Assembly (NCBI GenBank): GCA_016185565.1
Contig: JACPNH010000049.1
Coordinates: 1-42,139, forward strand
Direction of reading: 5' to 3'
From: Candidatus Woesearchaeota archaeon
GTDB taxonomy: Archaea; Nanobdellota; Nanobdellia; SCGC-AAA011-G17; JAGVZF01
DNA length: 42,139 nt
A program made the translations under genes and the position numbers. The notes beneath the pieces were generated by a model that did not search any database, had not been told where the DNA came from, and worked only from the letters and a program-made list of their open reading frames with translations. Numbering within the stretch: the stretch's first letter is position 1; each line of letters begins with the position of its first letter. Of the stretch, positions 34,071-42,139 are shown one piece after another.

Positions 34071-34975
34071 TGGTGCTCACTTATGATTTTTCCTCCAAGA
34101 GTTCTTAGTTTTCTTAATTCTTCAAGAGCTTTTTGTGCCTCTTCCTTATTAGGGGGCTTGCCATGCCATTCGTATTTGAATTCCATGAAACTAACATCCT
34201 TGCCTGGAATTGTATGGGCTACAATCAAAGTAGGCTTTTCAAATATTGCCTTTGCTTCGTTACAAGCATCTATTATATGCCTAATGTTGTGGCCATCAAC
34301 TTCAAGAACATGCCATCCAAAAGATTCGTATTTTTCCTTTAAAGGTTCTAGTGGCATTATATCCTCTGTGAAGCCGTCAATCTGTATATTATTTCTATCA
34401 ACAATTCCTGTTAAATTATGTAATTTGTTTTTTCCTGCAAACATTGCGGCTTCCCAAATCTGTCCTTCTTCATGCTCGCCATCAGACATCAAGCAAAAAA
34501 TATGATGATTCTTATTATCCATTTTTGCAGCATACGCCATTCCGCATGCTATGCTTAAACCTTGCCCAAGAGGGCCTGAAGAGTTTTCAAGTCCTGGCAA
34601 TGCAAGATTATGGGGATGCCCATGAAGTCTTGTGCCTAGTTTGCGCAAGGTTTTAAGCTCTTCAACAGGAAAATAACCTGCTCTTGCTAGAGTCGCATAC
34701 ATCACCGGGCATATATGGCCATTGCTTAAAACAACTCTGTCACGCTCTGGCCAATTTGGATTTTCAGGAGCATGATTAATGACATTAAAGTAAAGTGCTG
34801 TAAAAACATCTGCCATTCCAAGAGGGCCTGCAGAATGGCCAGAACCTGCTTCGAGAAGCATTATAATGATGTCTTGTCTTATTGTGTTAGAAATCTCATA
34901 CAACTTTTCTATGTCATGAATTTTATTGAGCAAATTTCCACCTCTTTTATGTTTTATATAACATATAATTTTCAA
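34067..34975 (-). CDS. Transketolase, N-terminal (TPP-binding) subunit
   Basis: Contains AGSGHSAGPLGMAD, SNGHICP, HGHP, GPLGQGLS and SDGEHEEGQIWEA. It overlaps the C-terminal subunit by 4 nt. The likely real start is the TTG at 34933, which is preceded by GAGGTGG, because a TATA-like element lies only about 14 nt upstream of the ATG at 34975. Confidence 0.9.
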   Translation of the reverse strand: MKIICYIKHKRGGNLLNKIHDIEKLYEISNTIRQDIIIMLLEAGSGHSAGPLGMADVFTALYFNVINHAPENPNWPERDRVVLSNGHICPVMYATLARAGYFPVEELKTLRKLGTRLHGHPHNLALPGLENSSGPLGQGLSIACGMAYAAKMDNKNHHIFCLMSDGEHEEGQIWEAAMFAGKNKLHNLTGIVDRNNIQIDGFTEDIMPLEPLKEKYESFGWHVLEVDGHNIRHIIDACNEAKAIFEKPTLIVAHTIPGKDVSFMEFKYEWHGKPPNKEEAQKALEELRKLRTLGGKIISEHQ

Positions 34976-35031
34976 AAATTTATAAATATTTCTAATATTC
35001 AGGGAAGACTAATCTTCAAATAAGAAACCAT

Positions 35032-37512
35032 TTATTGGGCAAATACCCAGTACCCAACACCAGGCTCTAGTAAAGAAGTCATGACTACTTGTTCATAAAT
35101 TCCCTGAGCATTTAATTTCCAGATTTCTGTGATTGTTAAAGGATCCATATTATACAATTGTGCTATTGTCCGGGGCTCAAGACCCTCAATTGCAATCATG
35201 TTCCATCCTAGATTTAATGTTCTTGTAGGATTAGTTACATCTCCAGTAATTGTAGTTAAAACTCTATTTTTCATCACAAAGAAGTATGATGTTTTTGGAT
35301 CTATGGTTGATAAAGTGCTCTGTCTTCCTGGATCTGTATGATACACTTTCCATAAACCGCTAGCAGTTTCATATGAATAAATGCTTCTTAGATTATTCAA
35401 TATGATTGGTGGTAATGCTGAAATTAAATTGCTTGTTTGTGGAAGGGGCAATGACACTAAATTAACTCCGGGGTTTAACATTAAGGTATATTCACAGGTT
35501 GTGCTGCATACAGGCCTAGTAAAGCTTCTAGTTGGTGAGGTAATGCTTTGTAGGGGTTCGGTGATAGAAGCACTATACGTATAAGCACCTTGAGGCAAAT
35601 TTGTAAAGTTTACAAAATAACTTCCGATTTTATAACCCTTAACATATCCGTTATAAATATCATTTATTTGTTGCGTGGTTAAACTTTTTCCATATATTTT
35701 AAATTCGTCAAAGACAGCAACTGCATGTCTGCCGCCAGTACACTCAGGACAGTCTATCGAAACACTATTATCATGTCCTATGTAAATATTTGGATTAATT
35801 GCAGTCATCGTTCCTAGATAAGTGGTAAGACTAACTGGAATTCCGTCTATATATAATCCCAAATTGTTATTTCCATAAGTTACTGCAATGTGATGCCATG
35901 TTCCTGGATCAAATGGTATGGGTAGTGTATTCAAATCAGCTTGGACACCAACAGCTGTTAAAGAATTGGCAATGAGGGTGATAGCTAGGAAATCATTTGG
36001 AGTCTTCTGTATGCTTATTCCATTCATAAAAGTTGTTGTATCAAGCAGCACCCTTGTTCTGCTATCTCCTATCCAATTTTCCATTGGTTTTACCCAGAAC
36101 ATTATCGTGCCTTCATTAAGGTTAAAATTATTGGTTGAACTATAAGTAAATATGTCTCCCCCACCAAAGCCGTTATCATTATCAACAAATATTGCATCAT
36201 CAAAGTACCCAAATGGTGCTGATATTCCCAGTGAGTTTGAAGGGTCTTCACCGTCATCACATGTAGAGCCATATTTGAAATCACAACTTAATAGATTAGG
36301 CAATTTATAATTTACAGAATTAAAGCTTAATGTAAAGTCTATTAAGTTTTCTCCTGGTATTAAAGGATTTCTCTGCATTTTTATTGTAACATCTGCTGGC
36401 GGATTAGGAACATTTGCATTATCAGCTGGAGTAGGAGGTAAAAAGTCTATTGTAGTTGTTGGCGGAGAGCTTATTGTAAAGCTTCTTGTTTCTGAACTAA
36501 TCACTTGATTAGCTGTGTCAACAGCAGAGGCACTAAATGTATAAGAACCGATTGCAAGATTATTGAACTTTATATAATAACTTCCGAATTCTTTATTATG
36601 TAAATTGTTTATTTCTGTGCTTGATAGTTTTTTTGCATAAATTGTAAATTGATCAAAAACACCGTTTGCCTGAGCAGTGCCGCCATTATTCAGACCAATG
36701 TATATATCTTGATTAAATGCCTGTATCGATCCTGTATAAATAGTTGGACCAGCTACTAAAACTCCATCAATATAAAGCTCTATTACATTATTTCCAAGGC
36801 CGTCAGGGCCATAAGTTACAGCTATGCTATGAGCGTCTTGTGCAATAAAGGACGCTGCTGAAGTGCTGACACCTGTTGAAAGAGGCGATCCTGTTGCAAT
36901 AGAAGCAGTTATACTGCCAGAAGTTGTAGCAGTACCAGGAGATTTCAGTATGGAAATTCCATTTGGACCAAGTGTTGTTGTATCTATCAATCTTCTTGAT
37001 CTTGTATCTCCGACACCCCAATTTACCTGGGGTATTACCCAGAACATTATCGTGCCTTCATTAAGGTTTATGTTATTTATGCTAGGATAATATAAGAAGT
37101 CCGGGTCTGCTATAGTGTCACCATCTTCATCTTTATTGTCAACTAAAACCCCATTTCCAAATTTTCCTGTCGTGAATGTTGTAAAGGAAGAATCTCCTGG
37201 AATCTCGCCATCATCGCAAACATAGGTATTTTCAAAACTGCAACTAATTAATGTGGGAAGCTTGTAATCAACAGAATTAAAGTTTAATGTCATGTCATTC
37301 AAAGCTATTAGTGGAGTTAATTGCATTCTGATTTCTACATTAGGATTATTGATTATATCTCCATTATTCGGAGTTGGAGGAACAAAGTTTAGTGTGGATA
37401 AAGGGGCTCTAAAAAGCCTGCCAAAATTTACTGAATAGATAGAATAAATAATTATTATTAAAAGTAAAATGACTATTACTAAAGCCAAAACCTCTTTTTT
37501 CTTCAAACCCAT
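35032..37512 (-). CDS. Large secreted protein with two tandem LamG/concanavalin-like lectin modules
   Basis: N-terminal signal anchor. There is an internal duplication of about 315 aa (FVPPTPNNGD...NLNEGTIMFWV...LYIDG... twice). The pattern NEGTIMFWV...HIAVTY...LYIDG...FDEFKIY is typical of LamG-like jelly rolls. Confidence 0.6.
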   Translation of the reverse strand: MGLKKKEVLALVIVILLLIIIIYSIYSVNFGRLFRAPLSTLNFVPPTPNNGDIINNPNVEIRMQLTPLIALNDMTLNFNSVDYKLPTLISCSFENTYVCDDGEIPGDSSFTTFTTGKFGNGVLVDNKDEDGDTIADPDFLYYPSINNINLNEGTIMFWVIPQVNWGVGDTRSRRLIDTTTLGPNGISILKSPGTATTSGSITASIATGSPLSTGVSTSAASFIAQDAHSIAVTYGPDGLGNNVIELYIDGVLVAGPTIYTGSIQAFNQDIYIGLNNGGTAQANGVFDQFTIYAKKLSSTEINNLHNKEFGSYYIKFNNLAIGSYTFSASAVDTANQVISSETRSFTISSPPTTTIDFLPPTPADNANVPNPPADVTIKMQRNPLIPGENLIDFTLSFNSVNYKLPNLLSCDFKYGSTCDDGEDPSNSLGISAPFGYFDDAIFVDNDNGFGGGDIFTYSSTNNFNLNEGTIMFWVKPMENWIGDSRTRVLLDTTTFMNGISIQKTPNDFLAITLIANSLTAVGVQADLNTLPIPFDPGTWHHIAVTYGNNNLGLYIDGIPVSLTTYLGTMTAINPNIYIGHDNSVSIDCPECTGGRHAVAVFDEFKIYGKSLTTQQINDIYNGYVKGYKIGSYFVNFTNLPQGAYTYSASITEPLQSITSPTRSFTRPVCSTTCEYTLMLNPGVNLVSLPLPQTSNLISALPPIILNNLRSIYSYETASGLWKVYHTDPGRQSTLSTIDPKTSYFFVMKNRVLTTITGDVTNPTRTLNLGWNMIAIEGLEPRTIAQLYNMDPLTITEIWKLNAQGIYEQVVMTSLLEPGVGYWVFAQ

Positions 37513-37737
37513 ATTATAGTAGAATATGTTAAATATTTATAAATATTGTGATATGATTGGCAGCGACTTTCACGTGCCTATTTTATCACGAAAAGATAAA
37601 AAGCCAAAATGAGCGAAACAACAAATTTAAATTATAGACTATTTGTTGTTTTGTATATAAAAGAATATAAGAGTATAAAGAAAATCTCTTTTTCTAAATT
37701 TCATCTCTGATTAGAATACTTACCACGATTTACAAAA

Positions 37738-38259
37738 TTATTGATTTTTTAATAGTTGATAATAAGTTTTTTTAGGATTATTTTCAAAAATATAGCTTCC
37801 GCTTATTAGTATATTAGCTCCGGCCTGTTTAACCAATTTACTTGTTTTATCATTTATATGGCCATCTACTTCTATTGGTAGCTTAGTCATCCTTCTTAAT
37901 TTTCTGATTTTTTTCAAAGAGCTTTTAGTGAATCTACTGCCATAAAATCCCGGATGAACTGTCATCACTAAAACAGAATCTATCTTTTTTAAATAAAGAA
38001 ATATTTTCTCTACTTCAGTTTCTGGGTTTATTGCTATTCCGACCCTTACTTTTTTGGATTTTATCTTTTTTATAAGCTCGTTGATTTTCTTTGTGGCTTC
38101 ATAATGGAAGATTATAGAATATGGCTTCAAAGCCAAGAAAGCATCTATTTTATTTTCTGGATTTTTAATCATTAAATGATATTCAACTTTTTTGTCTATT
38201 TTTATTTTTTTAAATGATTTTGAAGTTAAACTTCTATTTTTTACAAATTTTCCATCCAT
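37738..38259 (-). CDS. rpe: Ribulose-phosphate 3-epimerase, N-terminally truncated relative to the family
   Basis: Contains MDGKFVKN, YHLMIKNP, FHYEA, GIAINPET, VMTVHPGFYGSRF, EVDGHIN and ISGSYIF. The ORF starts at the family-conserved MDG and lacks about 35 N-terminal residues. Confidence 0.75.
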   Translation of the reverse strand: MDGKFVKNRSLTSKSFKKIKIDKKVEYHLMIKNPENKIDAFLALKPYSIIFHYEATKKINELIKKIKSKKVRVGIAINPETEVEKIFLYLKKIDSVLVMTVHPGFYGSRFTKSSLKKIRKLRRMTKLPIEVDGHINDKTSKLVKQAGANILISGSYIFENNPKKTYYQLLKNQ

Positions 38260-38297
38260 TATATCGACTTGTATGAATTTAGTAAAAGTAATTTTCT

Positions 38298-38732
38298 TTA
38301 ATTTATCCTTAAAATGTGTCTTGCTAAATTGCTGAATCTGGAATTAAGCCAGTAATTAACAACCTTTTTTTGTATGCTAAAATTGACCTTTCTTCCCCTC
38401 AAACAAAGAACATTGGCATTATTATCGTGACGTGCCATTATTGCACTATACTTGTCATATGCTAGGGCTGCCCTAATACCATTAATCTTATTTGCAGCCA
38501 TTACCATTCCTGTACCAGTGCCACATATTAAAATTCCCTTGCTGTTTTTATTCCTTGCAACCTTTTTTGATGCCTTAACTGCATAATCTGGATAGTCCAC
38601 TCTTTTTTTGTCTGTAAATGTTCCCAAATCATAAAATTTGATTTTTTTATTTTTTAAGTATCTTTTAATGTATTCTTTCAGTTTAAATCCTGCATGATCT
38701 GCTGCTATATAAATTACCATTTTAACTTGCAA
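38298..38732 (-). CDS. rpiB: Ribose-5-phosphate isomerase B (RpiB/LacAB)
   Basis: Contains IYIAADHAGFKLKE, ILICGTGTGMVMAANK, RAALAYD, ARHDNNANVL and RH..RI. The start could alternatively be the ATG at 38720. Confidence 0.85.
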   Translation of the reverse strand: MQVKMVIYIAADHAGFKLKEYIKRYLKNKKIKFYDLGTFTDKKRVDYPDYAVKASKKVARNKNSKGILICGTGTGMVMAANKINGIRAALAYDKYSAIMARHDNNANVLCLRGRKVNFSIQKKVVNYWLNSRFSNLARHILRIN

Positions 38733-39688
38733 TGCTCCTCAAGTTTAGCATGATGCTTCTTTACAAATTCAACTGCTAGTTTATAAGATAATGTGTTTGT
38801 TGTCGCACCATAATGTTGCAATACTGAGGCTGAATTTGCAGCCCCGATCCTTAATGAAGTTTCTATGCTTTCATTTTTTATATAGCTTCCTAGAAATCCT
38901 GCTGCGAATGCATCCCCTGCTCCCAGAGTGCTTACTATCTTCACTTTATACGGCTCAAGCTTATAGGAACATCTTTCATTAATAGCATGTATTGTATTTT
39001 TCCCATCTGTTATTACAACAATTTTAGGTCCAAGTTTTTTCAAGCCAATTAAAAGTTCTTTAATTTCAATTTTTTTTCCCAATACAAGCTGGGCTTCCTC
39101 TTTGTTTAGAATCAGTATTTTTGCACTTGATAATATTTTATGCAAGCCATTTTTTCCCTTTGCAGCCAAATAAGAACTTGGATTAAATAAAACATTAATT
39201 TTTTTGCGCTTTGCGTATAAAGCAACTTGTTCTGCTGTCTTAAAACTCTGTCCTAATAAACTTCCTAAGTAGATCCATTTTGTGTTTAATTCAGAAAAAT
39301 TGAAATCTTCATGACTTAAATAGTCACTAGCCCCCTTATATGCAAATACTATTCTGTCTTTGTCTCTCTTGCTTATCAAAATTACAGCATATGGTGTCAT
39401 ATATTTTTCTGATTTTGCATAATGCAAGTCTATATTATTTTCTTTTAATTTATGTTTTATTATTAATGCATTATGATCCGCTCCTAGTTTTGTTATAATT
39501 TTTATTTTTAACCCAAATTTAGCCAAAGAAATCGAAGAATTAGAAGCTGCCCCCCCAATTTCTGTAAATAAATGTTCAATAAGAACTTTGTCACCAGGCT
39601 TTAAATCCTTATAACCTTCTTTAATAATAACAAAGTTGTCTACAGTGCAACTTCCCAGGGCGATTACATCATACTTACTGCCAAAAAT
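38714..39688 (-). CDS. PfkB-family sugar kinase (ribokinase-like), probable non-canonical ATT start
   Basis: The track ORF starts at the TTG at 39526. The same frame is open to 39688 and encodes IFGSKYDVIALGSCTVDNF...EIGGAASNSS, the conserved PfkB N-terminus. GAGGTGG lies 5 nt upstream of the ATT at 39688-39686. The C-terminal part has TLGAGDAFAAGFL. Confidence 0.7.
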   Translation of the reverse strand: MFGSKYDVIALGSCTVDNFVIIKEGYKDLKPGDKVLIEHLFTEIGGAASNSSISLAKFGLKIKIITKLGADHNALIIKHKLKENNIDLHYAKSEKYMTPYAVILISKRDKDRIVFAYKGASDYLSHEDFNFSELNTKWIYLGSLLGQSFKTAEQVALYAKRKKINVLFNPSSYLAAKGKNGLHKILSSAKILILNKEEAQLVLGKKIEIKELLIGLKKLGPKIVVITDGKNTIHAINERCSYKLEPYKVKIVSTLGAGDAFAAGFLGSYIKNESIETSLRIGAANSASVLQHYGATTNTLSYKLAVEFVKKHHAKLEEHCKLKW

Positions 39689-39746
39689 TCAAACCACCTC
39701 TTTAATAAAGTAATAAATAAATAGGCTTTATTTAATTCTTTCGGAG

Positions 39747-41615
39747 TTAAAAAACTAAGATTTCTATGTCTTCATTATATATTTTCTTTAGGTCTTCTAG
39801 CAGTTTTTCATTAATTGAGAATTTTGAATGCATCTTTTCTTTTGATAATGCATCTTCAAGTTCTTGGTTATTTGAGTCATAAACTTCCCCTAGCCTATCG
39901 TTGTCATTCAAAGAGACTTTTATTATCTTCTTTTCTTTGTCTTTGTTGTCTTTGATGTCCTCAGCAATAAATAAATTCTTTTCAAATGCTATTAATTCAC
40001 CTATCTTATTACCATGCTTAAATCTTATTTTGCTTTTTTCTATTTCAAACAATTTCTTTCTTTGTAGATGGTCAGAAATTATTCTCACAAAAATGCGAGC
40101 ATCTCTCCTTATTTTTTCGGCTTCTGCTCTGGTTAGCTTATTTTGCTGATAATCTTTTTTTGCATTTTTTATGTCTTTTAGCACCCCAACCAGTTTGTCT
40201 GGCAGATTATTTTTTTTGAAATATGACAGCAGATTTTTCTCTACTGTTTCTTCTGTAAATTTCATGTTTCCTTCTTTCAACAATTCTTTAGCAATATTAA
40301 AACAAGTTGCATAGATTTCATTTATGCTTTCATTCTCTCTTTTCTTTTCAATTTGCTCAAATAATCTCTTTACTCTTTTTATAAACAAATCTGAATCTGC
40401 AATTAACTTGTCAAGTTCAGCACCTTTTATCTCTGTCAGTTTTCCGTAATCAACGTCTTTGTAAAGTTTTACTAAATTTTCAAGAATTTTAACATATCTT
40501 AACTCTATTAGCTTCTCTTTTTTTACAAATATTTCACCAAATAACCTTACTGTTTCTCTCGGAGTAGGAGGGTTAACTCCATATAGCATCAAGGCTGCCT
40601 GGCTTGGGTTAAGAACTGCATAATAGACGTCTTCTATTGCTATGCCAAGGAACTTTTTCTTTGCCCTATCCAACAATTTTTCACCAACATCCATCTGCAT
40701 GTCTATGGCTTCTGAACTCGGCCTAATGCGACCCATCTGCAGCAATAACTTCCACGGCATAAAAACTCCGCGGTCGTATAGTGGAACACCATCCCTTAAA
40801 AATGTAAAAATTACAGGGTTTGCATCTTTGACACTTTCCCAGAAATCAGTTAAAATATAAACTTGTATATGAAATGTTTTTTTTACTCCAGTTACTTGTT
40901 CTGCCTCAAAACCTTGAGTGATTATTATGTTTCTTAGTCTTTCTTTTAATTCATACCTTGACATTCTTTTTACATCAGTGTCATCTACAATCACATAAAC
41001 ATCTATATCATGGCTTTTCTCTCCTCTAAATACTGATCCGGCTGCAACATAACTAACAATATACTTTTCAAACTTCTTAAGCACCATGCCTTTATGAACT
41101 TCTGCTATCTTTATTGCGGCTAGCAAATCTGTTGGATCATGCAAATGATGCGACAATGCAATTTCTTGAAGAATGCTATACTTACCATCATACAAACTTT
41201 CTCTAAGTTCACTAAGTAACATTACAATTGGCTTAATATTCTTGTCAGTTTCCTGCGCATATTTATCAACAACCTTGAATAATTTGTCATGAAGTTCTTC
41301 TTTAGACATCTTTTTTGAGTCTTGATCATCAACTATAACAAGTACCTCTATTACATCCTTCATCTCTTTTTTTATTTCTTCTGCAGATCTATTTTCTTCT
41401 GATGCTCTTCTTTGAACTATTTCATTTAGCTTATCTGGCTGTGGAAGAAGCATAGTAATACCTATTATGTACTTATCAAATTCTTTCAAGGCTTTCTCCT
41501 TGAAAGAATTTAATTTAGTTTGTATTTCTTTTGCTTTCTCCTTAATTTCTTCAGGAATAGGAATATTTAACCTTTCAGGAGAAGTCTTGGGCCTATTTTC
41601 TGACTTATTGGTCAT
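39747..41615 (-). CDS. Large protein with a tandem-duplicated Pol-beta-type nucleotidyltransferase fold and helical C-terminal regions
   Basis: YVAAGSVFRGEKSHDIDVYVIVDDTD matches the GSxxxGxxxxxSDID NTase motif. An upstream degenerate copy reads IIGITMLLPQP...VLVIVDDQDSKKMSKEELHDKL and lacks the GS/G motif. The remainder is coiled-coil rich. Confidence 0.5.
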   Translation of the reverse strand: MTNKSENRPKTSPERLNIPIPEEIKEKAKEIQTKLNSFKEKALKEFDKYIIGITMLLPQPDKLNEIVQRRASEENRSAEEIKKEMKDVIEVLVIVDDQDSKKMSKEELHDKLFKVVDKYAQETDKNIKPIVMLLSELRESLYDGKYSILQEIALSHHLHDPTDLLAAIKIAEVHKGMVLKKFEKYIVSYVAAGSVFRGEKSHDIDVYVIVDDTDVKRMSRYELKERLRNIIITQGFEAEQVTGVKKTFHIQVYILTDFWESVKDANPVIFTFLRDGVPLYDRGVFMPWKLLLQMGRIRPSSEAIDMQMDVGEKLLDRAKKKFLGIAIEDVYYAVLNPSQAALMLYGVNPPTPRETVRLFGEIFVKKEKLIELRYVKILENLVKLYKDVDYGKLTEIKGAELDKLIADSDLFIKRVKRLFEQIEKKRENESINEIYATCFNIAKELLKEGNMKFTEETVEKNLLSYFKKNNLPDKLVGVLKDIKNAKKDYQQNKLTRAEAEKIRRDARIFVRIISDHLQRKKLFEIEKSKIRFKHGNKIGELIAFEKNLFIAEDIKDNKDKEKKIIKVSLNDNDRLGEVYDSNNQELEDALSKEKMHSKFSINEKLLEDLKKIYNEDIEILVF

Positions 41616-41656
41616 ATAATAATGACCTTTTTCTGTTGTTTTTAAATCTTTTGCTT

Positions 41657-41674
41657 TATATACTATAGTATATA
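41657..41674. promoter_or_regulatory. Perfect 18-bp palindrome TATATACTATAGTATATA
   Basis: Lies between the stop of the ThiS-like gene (41676) and the ATG of the NTase gene (41615). It contains TATA-like halves on both strands. Confidence 0.35.
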
Positions 41675-41675
41675 C

Positions 41676-41882
41676 TTAGCCACCGCTAATAACACTTAAA
41701 AGCTCAATTTGGTCGTTGTTTTGAAGTGTAGTATCTTCGGTTATAACTTCTTTGTTTCTAGTCACAATCACAGTGGTTGGATTTACATCTATCTTATTTA
41801 GAAGCTCTCCTATAGTTATATAACCATTAATATCAAGTTCTTTTTCTTCATTAGTTCTTTGAATTTTTACCTTGATTTTCAT
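41676..41882 (-). CDS. ThiS/MoaD-family ubiquitin-fold protein (SAMP-like) ending in GG
   Basis: A 68-aa protein with a beta-grasp-like pattern and the C-terminus DQIELLSVISGG. Confidence 0.7.
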   Translation of the reverse strand: MKIKVKIQRTNEEKELDINGYITIGELLNKIDVNPTTVIVTRNKEVITEDTTLQNNDQIELLSVISGG

Positions 41883-41925
41883 ATATTAAAACTTATGTAG
41901 AGTAGATAATTTTAAATATGTAATG

Positions 41926-42139
41926 TCATTGTCTTATAGACACCAACCATGGTGCGGGGTCTCCAGATTTTCTGACACCTGCTTTTATTATTAAAAGGTA
42001 GTTTCCTTCCTTTATTGTCAATATTCTTTTTCCGTCATATCTACCAAGTTCGCTTAGTATATTTGAGGAGATTCCAGTGTCAACATTTTTGAAATCAAAA
42101 AAAAAATCGTTGTCACCAAGGTATAAGAACCTGAATTGT
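41926..42139 (-). CDS. C-terminal fragment of an unidentified protein (5-prime end outside the window)
   Basis: Manual minus-strand translation gives ...QFRFLYLGDNDFFFDFKNVDTGISSNILSELGRYDGKRILTIKEGNYLLIIKAGVRKSGDPAPWLVSIRQ then a stop. The frame is open to the window edge. Confidence 0.4.
   Translation of the reverse strand, partial: QFRFLYLGDNDFFFDFKNVDTGISSNILSELGRYDGKRILTIKEGNYLLIIKAGVRKSGDPAPWLVSIRQ

Noticed and set aside
35032-37512. The internal repeat of the LamG protein considered as a DGR template/variable repeat pair. CRISPR-like periodic repeats were also considered across the window.
   Set aside because: The repeat is an in-frame domain duplication of 945 nt, with no adenine-specific mismatch pattern. 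No reverse transcriptase gene is present in the window. I saw no array of short, regularly spaced repeats.
37618-37649. A 9-bp stem hairpin (ACAACAAAT-14 nt-ATTTGTTGT) between rpe and the LamG gene. The small ORF starting at 37599 (MSETTNLNYRLF...) was also examined.
   Set aside because: Both flanking genes are on the minus strand, and on that strand the hairpin is not followed by a T-tract. The small ORF has no SD or promoter support and its composition is not protein-like. Neither can be supported as a feature.
39550-39556. A run of 7 C (7 G on the coding strand) in the PfkB gene, initially suspected to be a frameshift site that explains the short track ORF.
   Set aside because: A careful codon count shows the frame is continuous through the run (att ggg ggg gca gct = IGGAA). 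The short ORF call results from the lack of a canonical start codon, not from a frameshift.

Overview
This is an AT-rich, gene-dense 42.1-kb window that is almost certainly archaeal. The archaeal markers are EF-1alpha, Elp3, a Sec11-type signal peptidase, a split transketolase, a ThiS/SAMP-like ubiquitin-fold protein, and BRE/TATA promoters about 26 nt upstream of several ATGs. Small genes, many secreted or surface proteins and patchy metabolism suggest a DPANN-like lineage, but that is inference. I saw no rRNA, tRNA, CRISPR array, transposase, integrase or reverse transcriptase.

Housekeeping and metabolism:
- elp3 (partial), sppA, peptidases, a frameshifted guaB, a YchF-type GTPase and EF-1alpha.
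- A glycerate kinase and hydroxypyruvate reductase pair.
- A non-oxidative pentose-phosphate cluster: split tkt, rpe, rpiB and a PfkB kinase.

Most interesting region (about 9.4-17.4 kb):
- Two divergent operons hold twelve genes for extracytoplasmic thiol/copper redox chemistry.
- Recognisable members are 2 CcdA, TrxR, an NrdH-like glutaredoxin, two lipoprotein thioredoxins, a membrane-anchored triple CxxC thioredoxin-fold protein, and a stand-alone cupredoxin with a complete CuA ligand set.
- Unrecognised members are two paralogous membrane-anchored proteins ending in LP[EQ]MVGGC, an unannotated 24-aa metallothionein-like peptide, and a basic-tailed zinc ribbon.
- An identical 17-bp palindrome sits between the TATA box and the ATG of the minus-strand operon. 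The same palindrome sits between TATA and ATG of the adjacent gene for a Rossmann(CARF/Csa3-like)+wHTH regulator.

Other notable items:
- A cell-surface module at 18.8-24.6 kb with two proline-rich double-anchored paralogs, a cadherin/CARDB adhesin and an S-layer-like protein.
- A VapBC cassette bracketed by a duplicated promoter plus gene 5-prime end, next to a MITE-like hairpin.
- A Tat-signal lytic transglycosylase.
- A ferric-reductase-Rieske fusion.
- A PfkB kinase that appears to need an ATT start.
- An N-terminally truncated rpe.

All domain calls come from motif recognition by eye. No database searches were run.
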